A stretch of DNA of 62,999 bases, filler included, from Octopus bimaculoides (Eukaryota), in the NCBI RefSeq assembly GCF_001194135.2. It is 3 parts of 2 records of this genome, joined end to end, with 100 filler letters (N's around TTAATTAATTAA, not from the genome) between each part and the next. Parts side by side here need not be neighbours in the genome. Positions count along the whole stretch, not along the records: positions 1 to 29,021 come from NC_068982.1; 2 more parts are not named here. One strand, written 5' to 3'. This document shows, piece by piece, positions 12,341-25,989 of this stretch; positions within the stretch are counted from its first letter, which is position 1; every line of letters starts with the position of its first letter. The position numbers and the translations under genes were made by a program. The notes beneath the pieces were generated by a model. It was not told the DNA's origin. It saw only the letters and a list, made by a program, of their open reading frames with translations, and did not search any database.

Positions 12341-15300
12341 CGAGTTGTCTAGATCAGTGTTTTCCGCTAAAAGATCTCATATATCCCCAACACTTCACTT
12401 AAGGACAAACTCACACTTTACTTTCCTAATACGAATCTTGGCCCCACCCCCACCTACCACCACCCATACACACTCCATCAAGCTACAACTAAACCCCCAA
12501 CAACGGACCGCAGTCGTCTTTCTTTCTCTCTATTTTAACTGTTTGTTCTTTGAATTGGTTACACACAAAAAAAAATAAACACACACACACACACACACAC
12601 ATATATCAGTTGAATAATGTTAAAACATAGTCTGGTTTTCACGTTTTTTATCATGGTATCTTTTTAAAAATTGTTTTAACAATGTTCAAGAGAGTTAAAC
12701 AATAAAAAATAAATTCAAATTACGATGAAAGGGAACAATGTTTGTTTTATAAGCGTTGTGATGTATTAAGAGATAAGGAAATAATTTTATTCGCGAACGC
12801 AGGATAATGCTAATAATATAGCACGAACAGGATAAGCTACCCATATTTTGCAGAAAAATGTGTCGGCAGCCAGCCATAAGACATGTTTCTACAAAATATG
12901 TGTTGTTTATCCTGTTCATGCTATATTATTAGCATTAGCCTGCGTTTGCGAATAAAATTATTTCCTTATCAAAAAAATATTTTGTGATGTTCATAAAGTT
13001 CAATTAGCGCTTCCATACGTTTTGTAGTAATCTTCAGATTTCGAAATGTATTTCACTGACAGTTGAGTTCTTGACAACTTCAGTGAAATTACTGACTTCT
13101 TTTTTTTACTCCTCTTAGAATTATATATATATATATGAAGTGCCTTGCTCAAGAACACAACACACCACCCTGTCTAGAAATTACAACCACGATCTCGCGA
13201 TCGCAAGTGCAGTGCACTAACCGTTAGGCGATTACTTCGACACCTGACATCATGCACCTGTTGAAGAAACGTTGACTTGTTGGCGGGAGTGATCTCAATC
13301 GTTCAGCAAAAAGCCTGAACACCCATATATCGCCTTCGACGGGAGACCACATCCTGCGTGTGTGCGTGTGTGTGTGTGTGTGTGTGTGCGTGTGTGTGCG
13401 TGCGTGTGTGTGTGTAGGTATTTGTATTTTCAATACTTCAACGTGACTATGTATGTGTGTATAAATGTGTGTGCCTGTGTGTGGGTGTATTTGTATATTC
13501 TTTTATGTTTGTTTTGTAGTAAAAGTCTAAAGAAGTGCGGCAATATTTTGCTTTCTCTTTAGATACTAGATTTTACTGTCTAAAGGTGGCTAACTTAATT
13601 TTATGAGTTGTTTAGAAGCAATGTTTCTGTGTAACAATGAGAACACTTTTTAAACATTGTGACTATAAAAGGCGGTGTCCACAACACTGTCAGCTGATCA
13701 GTATTTGATTAAATAACGTCAGCGAGAAGTAGCCATCTTGTTAATATTCTATTGATTAAGTCACCTGGCCTTGTTGTTTATCAATTCATTTACATTCTCA
13801 GCTTTCTTTCACATAACAACTATCATCAACAGAAGTTTACCTTATATCAGTATTTATATCATAACAGCCTTCTATAATACTGGCTAATTTCATCCATCTT
13901 ACTAATTTCATTACTATAGCTTCTATGTAAGTATGAATCTTTCTTCTTATTGAAGAAATATGGTGGAGACTTGTTTTCCAGATGATTTCCTCTAGAATGA
14001 TTATCTTATTTGACCTACCACTCCGTCTCCCTCCAATCTCTCCCCTATCTTTCCTTTCTATTTTTCTCGTCAGTCCCAGATGTTTTGTGCTTTATATTTA
14101 ACACATGATGTTCTCATATACTTCTTATACTATACAGCCATTATAGTTTGAAAGAAAATTTCCATCATTTCACTCTCTATTCTGTCCACATGAAACCAAG
14201 TTCTGTCTGGTAGATTTAGTATTGATCTGGTCTGTTAGCATTGATTACTAAATACAATATTCTCTTACGGTATCCAATAAACTTACCAAAACACGCCAAG
14301 CTTTCTAAATGTTTCATCAAACCAAAATTTATTGAATGTAAATAAATTGCTTATAAGGAAGTACGAAATAAGAATAATCGATATTTAGTGGAGTGACTTG
14401 TTTAGTCACAAGTAATCCCTATTAACGAATTTCACAACTGAACTTTTTTTTCAATAGTCTCAGACATAAATAAAACAGATTCCATAGTGAAAGTTTTATT
14501 ATTAATAGTAAAAGAAGTCCAGTGAAGTGAAATCTTTTCTTTCTTGTCATGGGTATCTTTAAGTACAGTTTAGTAAAGTTTATCTCAGTTTTTCACGAGA
14601 CATCTTTTTTTACTTCATAAGTTTACAGTATTAGTCTTTCATGTCACACTGAAACTAATCATTTAATAAAATTAAAATTTGTTTATGCTCAAGTAAAGCA
14701 AATGTTAATTCAAAGAGAACTACTGATACTAATAATTTCTCTAACTAATTAATGTTTTTTATCTGAATCAATTATTTTTTTATATTCCACTTTTTCCAGT
14801 ACATTTTCTCTTCGAGGTGTGTATACATGTTTTCATGTTTCTCTATATCACTGTAAATGAACAAGAATGTAAACATGCATATAAATCTTTTTATATCCAT
14901 TCTATTTTCCTTCCTTTTTATTCGTTTATTGTTTTTTCGCTTGACTAATTCCTACCAAACGCTCCAATACTGATAAGAAATCTCAGTCAATATCAGCAAA
15001 CATAATAATTACAAGACTACGCTTGTTTGCTATATTGATTTCCTAATACGTTTGTTGTTAGGTTCACAAGAGGGACAGCTGAAATGGTGTCTTTCGTTAG
15101 CTGTTTTCCTCTTACATATACTTTCTATTCTGGAGATAATATCTGGATATTAAAAATAGGAAGCTGCAACGAATCTAACGTGGCCGGCAAAAAATTAACG
15201 AATTTAATCCCCGTAATAAACAATGCTTATTTTATGTTTCTCTGTGGTGTGTAAATTAATTGGATATTCTCAATAACTCGTACTGACAAACAACTTTATA

Positions 15301-16035
15301 TGAGAGATAGTCAGATCGTTCCCTATGAAACATAATTGTACTTTGTAGAGGTTGTAGAGGTTGTTTAAAGTATGCTTATAGAGATAACATTGTGCAACAA
15401 ATAGTTATTTTAGCTTAAACTATTACAACTGTCAGTCAAGAGAGGGATAATTATTCGTTTTCATCATAACACAACAAATGTTAAGGTTTTTTACTTCTTT
15501 CTATCTAAGTAATGAACTTGCTTCAAAAAGCAACTCTGGGTTTATCTGTTGCTGACATATTTCACACGTGTATTATGTCAACACTACATTATAAATGTAA
15601 TTAAGTAATCTTGAAAACTAAAGATTACAGATAAGACTGTTCATTCCTCAAATTGCCAAATATTCAGATTATTTGATACGCAAGGGGTTCAGTAATTACA
15701 TATAAATACCGAAAAATAATAAGGTCCATTAATACGGTGGAAGATTGCATGCACTTGAGTGACACTGTCATATACAAATGACCACTGAATGACTACACAT
15801 ATGCACACACTTACACATTATGCATGCACGAGCGTATATGAATGCATGCACGTATATGTGCATGTCTGTGAGAAAGAGAGAGAGAGAGAGAAACAGAGAG
15901 AGGGCATGTGTGAGTGTGTATATGAATTTATATGTATTCATATGCTTATATGTTTACATGACTAGTTTTCTCTCACTCTTTTTCTGCACACACACAGATA
16001 TATATATGTACATATATATAAACATATATATATAC

Positions 16036-16106
<71 letters not shown>

Positions 16107-16465
16107 GCTTGTATTTGTAATTCTGTCACATTTTCTCCGTTTTCGGAGATTTTTTCGTTCTTTTTTGTCTTTATCGTCGTACACATTCGCTTGCTTTCTC
16201 CCAAAATTTTTAATGGGGCCAACCAGGTTTGAACAATCTCAAGTGTGACCCGCCGAAACTGTAAGTATAATTAGGAAACTTGACTGAGAAGAGAAGAATG
16301 ATCCGTCCTTATTTTTTCCTGTCCGTCTTTGTATTGGCTATCTTTCCAGCTTCGTCCAACTCGCTTCTTCACCAAAATCAGTACCGTAAAGAGATACAGA
16401 AAGGCATGACCCCAGCCTCAGGTTGAAAGCAGTAAAAGAATAAAAGAATATATATGAATGTCATT

Positions 16466-17380
16466 ATTCAGTTTACTTCAAGATTTCTTGCCAATAGAGA
16501 AAGAACCGGTTCCTAACCTAAATCTAAGTATCCTTCATTGGAATTTCAACATCAACAACAGCGCATTTTCTGTTTGTATGTACGTATGTATGTATGTATG
16601 TATGTACGTATGTACGTATGTATGTATGTATGCATGTATGTATGTATGTATGCATGACCAGATTTGTATGTTTTTATATATGTATTCTCATGCATACAGT
16701 TGCATATCTAAACATGCTCATATATATTTAAATGGTAAACTTCTGGGAAAGTTTACAGAATTTTATAGTTCCAGTGATGGATTCGATCTGTAGTCTTCGA
16801 ATTAGCTTTCTCCTTTCAGGTTTTGAGAAGCCTAATTTCTCAAGATTGGTATTTAGGCAGTGTGTTATATATATATCCCAGGGCCCCAATGATTACAGGT
16901 ATAAACCTAAACTTACAATCTGGATAGAATAACTGCAGATTTCTCAACAGTTCAGCATAGGTGTTCTCTTTTTCACTGATCTTCAGCTTTATATTAATAT
17001 CCGTTGGGCAGCTAATTTCTACAACTGTGCACAGTTTCTCTTCTCTATCCCCAAATATTATATCAGGTCTGTTGTGCTTACATATTATTAAGGTCTTCAC
17101 TGGTACATTCCACCAGTATTCCTTTTCATTATGAGTGGCTATGGCTTCTACCTTATTGTGGGTTTTTATTTCTTTGTCCTCGGGATTATCCTTCCGACGG
17201 ATTTCATTATAGAGTGTCTTTGCTACAACGTCATGTCCCATCGGTAGATAATGCTGTGATGACATTTTCGGACAACTGCTTATGATATGGATGATATCTT
17301 CAGTGTGAACTCCATAAAGTCTGCATCGGTTGTCACATTTTACTGCTTTTCCTGCATCTCTATCTCTTTTGTGAATCATA
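16466..17380 (-). mobile_element. 3' part of an R4/Dong-like RLE non-LTR retrotransposon
   Basis: CCHC knuckle (CRLY...HIISSCP...HD), RLE motif HNRPDII..VEISCP..KENTYAEL..IPVIIGALG; 3' UTR contains (TACA)n. Confidence 0.85.
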
Positions 17381-17801
17381 TATGTATGTATGTTTGTGTG
17401 CTAAAAAAGTACATTTCGTAACTGCGAGGTTCTGGAATCTGTCCCACCTAGAGGCAATTACTTTAAACCCGAGCCAAGCAATAACTTCGGAATGAATTTG
17501 GGAGAGGACGTTCATGCCTGAACCTATTCTTATAAATGTGATTATGTGTGTATGTTTGTGTGTGTGCGTGCGCGTGTGTGTATATGTGTGTGTGTTTGTG
17601 CCAGAGTGTAAGTGTTTGAATGTTCATAACCAGTCACCCATGGAAAGCCCATCCCATGTTGGAGCTTTGAGTTGACTGTCAAATTATGTTACAATAGCCA
17701 CATGTAGCTATTCTGCCGAGCATACTGAATTCGGACTATGTGAAATTTAATTTTAATACATTTTATATTTCTTATATCATACACATACACACACACACAT
17801 A

Positions 17802-17876
<75 letters not shown>

Positions 17877-20800
17877 CAGAATTACGTACAAGTTATTGCA
17901 AAGTATCCCGGTCGCCACGCTAATAATTCACTTAAGTAATCTAGTCGCACTCTATATACTGAGCTGTGTAAAAGAAAGGTAAAATTTATGTCGGCGGAAA
18001 TTGAACTCAGATTGTTGAAAGTCGCAGCATAAGTGAAAACATTTTTTTATCCAAATTAACAATATTTCTTTTAACCACCTAGAATGCGTTTTTCAGTTTT
18101 AAACAAAGCTAAGGTACATTAGATAATTTAGTCTTGAATACCACTAATATGTATATTCAAGCCTTGAATACCTCTAAAAGATCTGCTCGTTCAGTCTGGC
18201 ATAGCGCTAAACAACAACAATAACGACATGTGTAGCAGCATCAACAACTCGATAATATTGCTTTTCCACTCTAAATAACAGAGTAGTTAGATGTGTGAAT
18301 TTTTAGATAATTCTCTGAAAATATTTTGAGTTTTGCCGTCAAACTATTATCAAATATTACAATTTTGTCCCCGACAATGAATCATTAGAGCCAGATCGAA
18401 GATTGTTAGCATGTAAATTCACCGAACCTGGCATATCTCTAAATGCCAACGTTGACTTGCACCAGAGATGTGCTTATCAAGTAGGTCTAGACGCTTGGGC
18501 GTCTATTCGAAGAGTAGAATGCTCTGGGATGCTTCTATAATCTTTGTAATCGGCTATTTTGCTGAGGCACATGCTAGAAATAAACATATAACAATGTTAA
18601 GCGATTTATCTGTTTTACTCTATCATACATGTTTCTGAATGATCAATGGATATAATAAAATTAGATGGCTCCCTATTCATATGAACTAGGAAATAAAAGG
18701 TTGTTAGTGTCAGTTCTTATGTATTATTTTTCATTTCACTGTGTAAGTGTAAATAACATTCATTATAGTAATAATGTTGAGCATAGTAACATCTATCTGT
18801 GTGATATGTAGAATACTTATAGGGAAGGGTAGTGAAATTATGTGATGTTCATCCTTATTCACCAACATTAATGACGTTGTGATGATGTTGCAGTTGCTGT
18901 TGTTACTGTCGTTGTTTTGACCTAGGTCGCTATAATGAGGCAACATTCACGTAAGAAGGCGTTCCAGCCATAACCATCTCGTGTATCTAGATGTATATTA
19001 TCTAATGTGTCTTTCCCCTTTCGCGAACATAGGATGTAGTTTAAGAGATTTGGTTGTTATTCGTTTTAGCTTCCTCATCGGCTCAATTAGTGACATAATT
19101 AGCCAATGTGTATTGTCAAAAAAAACAAAAACACGAAAAATACAAATCGAATCAAACTGAGTTTGTAGAACTGGTAGCGCTCCAGAATATACACAAATTG
19201 CACGTATTTTCTTTCTTTTGTGTCTATGATAAAATATTGCTCATTTAGAATTTATCTATTGTAATTTACCCCCTTGGCCAAAATAAAGTCCAGTCTTATC
19301 CGTCACATCTTTCTTCAGGACTACATTATCCAGTGGTTACGAATTCTTTTAAATGTTGTACAATCTGTTTTGAAGTAGATTTAGCAGATATTTCTAAGAA
19401 ATTGAGCAACATTTGTTGAAGATGCCTCGTAGGCCCTACAATATTTTACTTTTATCGTGGAAGGTATAAATTATTAAGTACTTAATGCACAGGGGTTGCT
19501 TTCGTCGACTATATTTCTTTTCTGTGAAACGTCGCATTTAGTGAAGCCATAATGAATAACTATACAGGCGTGAATGTTTGGACGGTCTTTGACTGTCCTA
19601 AGGTGATAGATTTACTTCGCCCAGTTCAAAACCACAGCCTATCTTTAACACTTCACTTTGTTGCTAGTGTTCTGTGGAAATGCCTGGTTTGAGGATAACC
19701 TATGAATCATGTCTTTTTACTATCTTTCCCTCTCTCGTCTCAGTAACACTTAAAAAATCACAAACGCGCCCTTTCTCTCCTTACTAAGCAATAAATTAAG
19801 ATATGAACTATGCATTTGAAATTATCAAAGAGGATGAATATTTGTGCTACACTAATATGCATCAGATTGTATAGCTATGTATACCTGTATACCTATATGT
19901 CTAATATACACAGCTTATGCATGACATGTTTCATTTTACATAATATGTCAGATAATAAATATTTGGTATGTGTAATATAGATTCCTTTGATTTATGGCAG
20001 TGTTTCTTTTGAGAAAAATATAAAATTCACACCATCCCTTACACCCACCCACACACCCATTTATGGGTGTGTGTCTGTGTATGAGTGAGTGTGTGTTTGT
20101 GTGGTGTAGTGTAACGTTGAGCCTAATAAGAAATCAATTTATGCAAGAACACAGTATGAGGGAGACAAAAGCTCTCGATGCTCTATTCTAAACCACCCAC
20201 CGCCACTACCACCACAAACCTTGTAAGCTAATTTCCTCCGTTTAAGTTATCGCCTCCTCTAGGAAATGAATTAACTCAAGACACTTATTTTTCCTTTTAT
20301 CTAAGGTTAATAGTGCTGCTCACCTTTTTATGGATATCTCTTATCATGAAAGAGCAATATATAATGTTTATCGCAATTCTGCATAAGTAATTGACTTTCA
20401 TTTTTACATACACTTATAAAAATTTGTAGAATATAGTATAATGTTTAGGTTAAATATGTACTTTTCCAAGATCTCAAGTTCAACTATCCTATCTTCCATA
20501 CAGTATGATATAACAGCATAATATTCTAATAACGATTTCGAATTTTTACGCCAGATCGTAAATCAAAGAGAGCAAAATACACAGTGAATCGAAACAGGAC
20601 ATTTGTAGCATTTACTTTATCGACAGTGGAGCAAGAAATGAAATCTATCAGACTTTAAATTGGGAAGTAAATGGGGGTAATAACTAAATCTAGAACGTAC
20701 TTAATTCAGAATTCCACCATTTAATTCCGGTATCCTGCCGTTTCTTCTATTCTTCATGAGTATTATTCCAATAATAACTCAATAATGCTGAATACGTATT

Positions 20801-22007
20801 TCTGTTACTGTATTTCAAAAACAATTCACTGATGTGGGCGTTTCGATATATCTTCTTTCACTTGCAATTCATAATTTTCATAGCATCAAAGAGACCACCT
20901 ACATCTACATCTTGATGGATTATTGTTTTGCGGTTCTTTAGAGAAAATAATATCTCATCGATTCTTTTTTTTTTTCCGTATGTTTCTGATCCTTGTATTC
21001 AGGTTCCAGCAATATTTCTGAAAACTAATGTCAATATCATTATCTGTAACACAAAAAAATATTCCAGATATATTCTATGCTTCTCTCACGGGATATAATA
21101 TGTGGAAATAGTATCTCACAAATGATAATTATAAGGGCTAATACATTTCCATTTCACTTTACATTCTATACCTATTAAAAATTCTTCCCATATTTTTTGT
21201 GCATATGGTTGTTGATCGGGGATTTTACTTTTCACTTTCAACGTTAATATTCGATATGAGGCATCATATATTTATCCGTTTTTCATATCAGCCTTTTTAT
21301 TCTAGTTTCAATCATTTGTAGGTTAGGAACTCCATTCATATGCACACACATACACACGCACAAACACATATGCGCACACACATACGTATAATGTTTGTGA
21401 ACTCCATAGTAGTTAACCGATTTTCCTTGGGAAGAGGTATCTGTCGATTTTAAATTTCGTTATAAGATAATAAGTTCTTAGCTCTCTGAAAAACTGTAAT
21501 TCATTATGCCAGGCTCCAACAGTCTCATTTCAGATGAATATTTCGAATTATATAACCCCCAACTTTTAAATGCTGTCCTTAAAAATGTTTAATAAAAGTT
21601 TTCTATCCTTCAGTACAAGACCTGATCCGGCATATTTGTGTCGTTTCTACCAACAGGTAAAAACAGAAAAAAACCCATCTGTTCTGACTTATATTTAATA
21701 TGGTATATGCCAACACTGATCGCCATTCTCAAACTAAACAACTGTCAAATTTTATATCTTGATTCCTAGCCAACGATTTGGCGTGGTCCAAATGCTAATC
21801 CCCACTGAAACTCGATTCTACTTATCATATGTTTAATAGTCATATTTTTTTCCTTAATGCAGGAAATATATCACATTTATGGTTTTCTTGTAACCCTTAA
21901 TGTTTTTCAAATTTCATGATTAATTATTGAGTTGCATTATAAGGAAGTGTATAAAGTTATACTTGTATGGAACCCTTTTTTGAGATATATATGTTCACTT
22001 TGAATAT

Positions 22008-22063
<56 letters not shown>

Positions 22064-22064
22064 A

Positions 22065-23330
22065 GAATATTAGGGGTTTAGTCCACTGGTAAGCTAAACA
22101 AATAGGTACGCTGAGTAAGTGCTATAATTGGTCATCCGTTAGGTTCCAATTTCACAGCTGAGACTGGTCCTAGGATCCGTATTAGGCCTCCGTGTTAGCA
22201 GGTACATATTAGAGGAAAATACAACAAAAACCAAGGCAGGATGGGTATCTCAAGTCATTTATAATAATTTAATTGGGATAAGGTTAATTTGAAGTCTTAC
22301 ATCTGTTTCTGAGATATTCCAAGTGATAGGTTAGCATGTACGTACACTGGGTATTCTGTCATCGGAGACAAGGTGAGTATGTATGAAAGTTCTAGACAGG
22401 GAAATTCACAGTTTATAAGGAATAAAAGAGAAGAATAAAAGTAGATAGAAACAAACAGGAGAATAAGGTTCACAGTCCATCTTTTTCCAGAGGGTATGGA
22501 GGTTGGTCCAGACTTCCGTGGAGGTATAGCCCCTCAGGTAAATCCAGGTAGTATTTCGATTGAGTTCCCGTTGAAGCAATGGATTAAGTGGTTAGCTAGT
22601 ATTAAATGGTCCACGTGGGTATATAGAGTGAGAAAGACAGACTTCAAGATAGACAGAAGCGGATTGTGAGTGGACTGAAGAGAGAGGAGAAAGAGAGAAA
22701 AGAGAAGAAAGAGAGAAAAGAAGGAGAAAGAGAGAAAAGGAGAAAGAGAGAAAAGGCAGGTATGAGATAGATGCGGCAAAGAATAAATGAGAGCGAAAGT
22801 AAAGTAAAATCAAAAATACAAAAATAAAAAATAAAACTAAGAAATAAAAGAAAAAAAATAACGATGCCAGTATTATTCTTCGTAAGCGTAGGTTCGGGGT
22901 GAGAGGTCAGGCGTTAGGGTTTTGGAAAAGTGGAGGAGGAAGGTATTTACGTCAATTAATTAAATAGATGGAATCTAAGTTAGGTGTTGTCAGTAGTCAG
23001 TAGGGATAGATAAAATTAGATGCCTAGCTTAAGGAGGTATATATAGGCTAAAACTACAAAATGGATAAAGGATACAAATTGAAGAATTAAAATTTAAAAG
23101 TTAAAAGTTAAATTAAAAATTAAAAAATTAAAATTAAAAATTAAAAAATTAAAATTAAAAATTAAAAAATTAAAATTAAAAATTAAAAATCAAGGAATTC
23201 AAAAATTAAAGAATTAAAGCTAGCTAACTTCTAAGATACTTATGTTGATAGAAGAGAAAAGGAAAGGAAAAGCGTACGTATATTATAACGACCGTGGATG
23301 CATATAGGCTAGTGTCATGTGTGTTGATTT
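22065..23330 (-). mobile_element. Probable Penelope-like terminal-repeat region, non-coding remnant
   Basis: Abuts (TA)n, has purine/pyrimidine-skewed low-complexity tracts like 10540-11270, and contains a hammerhead-like motif. No recognisable protein domain. Confidence 0.4.
22294..22369 (-). ncRNA. Decayed hammerhead-ribozyme-like motif with long stem II
   Basis: Minus strand GTCT-CCGATGA-[imperfect long hairpin]-A-GAAA-C-AGAT-GTA-AGAC. Stem I GTCT/AGAC, GUA site, core U4>C. Confidence 0.5.
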
Positions 23331-24496
23331 TGTTTGTATTTGGACCTATGGAAGAATCTAAAGGTCCGATAGAACTTATGCTAACATGTAGAAAATGTTT
23401 CGTACTGTTTATTGAGTAATTGCGGTGAATTATGAATTAATATTTGGAAGGCTTCTTTCAGGCAGAATCCACATGTGAAGTGCTGGCCTTGGTCTGGGAC
23501 CCCATATATATATAACAAGAATGGAAGACCTGTTTTCGAAGATACAATTACTAACTCCAAACAACACTAAAAGCCACTGGACTTGAGCGTACATCGTTTT
23601 AGATACAAGCTCGAGATCGCACCAACTGGCAGCGTTCCACCAGCGTTGGAACTAAAAACTTTGAAACCGCCAGAAGACATAAAGAAGAAAGAACCTCGTT
23701 CTCCATCAACATTGCAATGTAGTCAATCTCATCGACTCTACCATGCAAAAATTGGTGTACATAGTAATCAACGCCATCACCATAAAGGAAGCGTTCAGCA
23801 AAGAAATTAAACTCTCGGGTCTGAGANNNNNNNNNNNNNNNNNNNNNNNNNNTACATACATACATATATACATACATACATACAGTCATACATACATACA
23901 TACATACACATACACACACACACACACACATATGTATATGCATATGCGCCTAAGTGTGTATGTGTGCGTGGGTGTTTGCATAGGTGTAAGTGTATGTGTG
24001 TGCGTGTTTTACGTTTTCTTTGAACTACATACACTAAAACAGATTTCTTTCGATTTTTCGATGGATTCATAATTTTTATATTTATATTTTCACAGTAGAA
24101 TCAAGAAAAACAACTATTTTAATATATTTCTAAAATTTAGATTTTATTTTTCAGAAATAAATATTATATCGGTTGAATCAAAGCCAATTTGTCAGTAAAC
24201 TGCGTTTAAGTGATGAAAAAGATTGTGGTAATTTGCCAAATATATGACAAAATAAAGTGAAAATAGAAATCAGTGTGAAGTGTCTACTTTGATATTTTTG
24301 CACATCAGACCAACTAACCTTTGAATAGAATATTCAACTACACTGGAACAATGAGTCATGAGTTGAGATCATCAATATCTATTTGTCAAGACAATGCCAG
24401 AATTTGAACTTTCTTTTGGGAAACAGGGGTGTGCAAAACCTGTTAAAAACTGATCGCAGATATACACTTCGATTGAATATTTGTTATTTATGCCGG

Positions 24497-24527
<31 letters not shown>

Positions 24528-25401
24528 GCTGCTGTTGTTGTTCCTGTTGCTTAGCCTCGGGCTTGTCTGATGTCACTGACCTATAATCAAATAGTGAGCA
24601 ATACAATTTCAGTTAATGAAAAATAATTTCTATAGGGAGTGAAAACCATTTGCTCATTGCTTAAACCTAATCAATACAGGTAAGTGCGCCATCTCCGAAA
24701 TCGCAGTTAATTAAAATTATAATTACACATGTGGAGAAGAAAAAAAATCATTAACGCATGTGCTAATGTTAATTAAAACTGATCTTTATTAGGCTTAGTG
24801 GCAAATCCGGATATATTTCAGCATTATGAAACTTCTTCAGTGAAGTATAGCCTTTTGACATTTGCCTGACACCATCCTACCTACTATGCAGATAATGTAT
24901 CAAGATTAAATTATCTAATGTATTCTTTCTTTTATAGAAAATTAGGATTCAATTTGAGACATTTGAGATTGTTATTTTTAGCAGGGGTTGAATGATAGCT
25001 GTTATTTTTGTATGTCAAACGACAACACATAGACACTCACTCAGGATGGATTCTATCGTAATAATCTGGTTGATTATTCTTGCAAAATGGTGAAATAAAA
25101 TGAGAAACTAAAATACTGTGCTTAAACGATAAACTCTGTATAAACACTTCAAAAGCAAGTTAAATGTGAATGAAGACATCTGTTGGGTTATGAAGATCGT
25201 TTTGCAGACATATTTCGTTTCTGGTTTTATAACAATACGAGGGGTCTTCGGTGAATTCAGTCTACCATAGCCTTGGATCTAACAGACCATCCTGAGTGAT
25301 ATTCGGCAGATGCAGAGTACGTGGAAGCATGTCAGCAAGATCGTTGATGCTCTTAGTTGATAAATGAATACAACTAGTGCTCTTTATACATGGAGTGAGT
25401 A

Positions 25402-25449
<48 letters not shown>

Positions 25450-25454
25450 TTTAA

Positions 25455-25760
25455 GTTACAATATAACTGATTCCTAATACATTAGCCAGCAAAAATCTTT
25501 GTATGGTTTATATGATTCCTGATCGAAGAAAACAAGTTACCAAAGAAGAAATCAATCATAGATTAAACAAATTTGTAGGACATATATTCCTGTTTTAACC
25601 AGATTATAATCAAAAGAAAAAGATATTTTCGAAGCATGAAAGCAAGTATCGTGGTTTTGACACAACTGTAACCTATATATCTTTAATAGATTACTTTGGG
25701 GTAAATTTCCTAATATGAGATTTGGTCTGTTTGAAGAAGCAGCAATACCTTTGCACATTG
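25455..25760 (+). pseudogene. Decayed coding sequence, copy A, inverted paralog of copy B
   Basis: Collinear similarity to the reverse complement of about 26220-26510, e.g. ttcctaatacattagccagc / ttcctaatacgttaaccagc, ccagattataatcaaa, ttttgacaca, tttcctaatatgaga. Translates PDYNQKKK...FDTTV...FPNMRFG with a frameshift. Confidence 0.6.
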
Positions 25761-25989
25761 GCGTGAGCTATAGCATAGAATGGGTCTTTATAAAGGGTTA
25801 CCAACTAATTAGAATTGAATATTTCTGACTCTAATTGAGTGGTTACGGAATGAAGTTCGTAAGAATTCGTGTTTCAGCATTTCTAGCAAGTTTCAAGGGC
25901 TAAAATTTGTTTCACATGACTAGAGAGCATAACAGAGCAGCATATTAATATTTTGACATGTGTAATGCTTGAGTATAACCTTAAACTTC

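Noticed and set aside
23500-23826. Possible RTE C-terminal remnant (ARDRTNWQR-like)
   Set aside because: Only one short motif; too weak to list as a feature.
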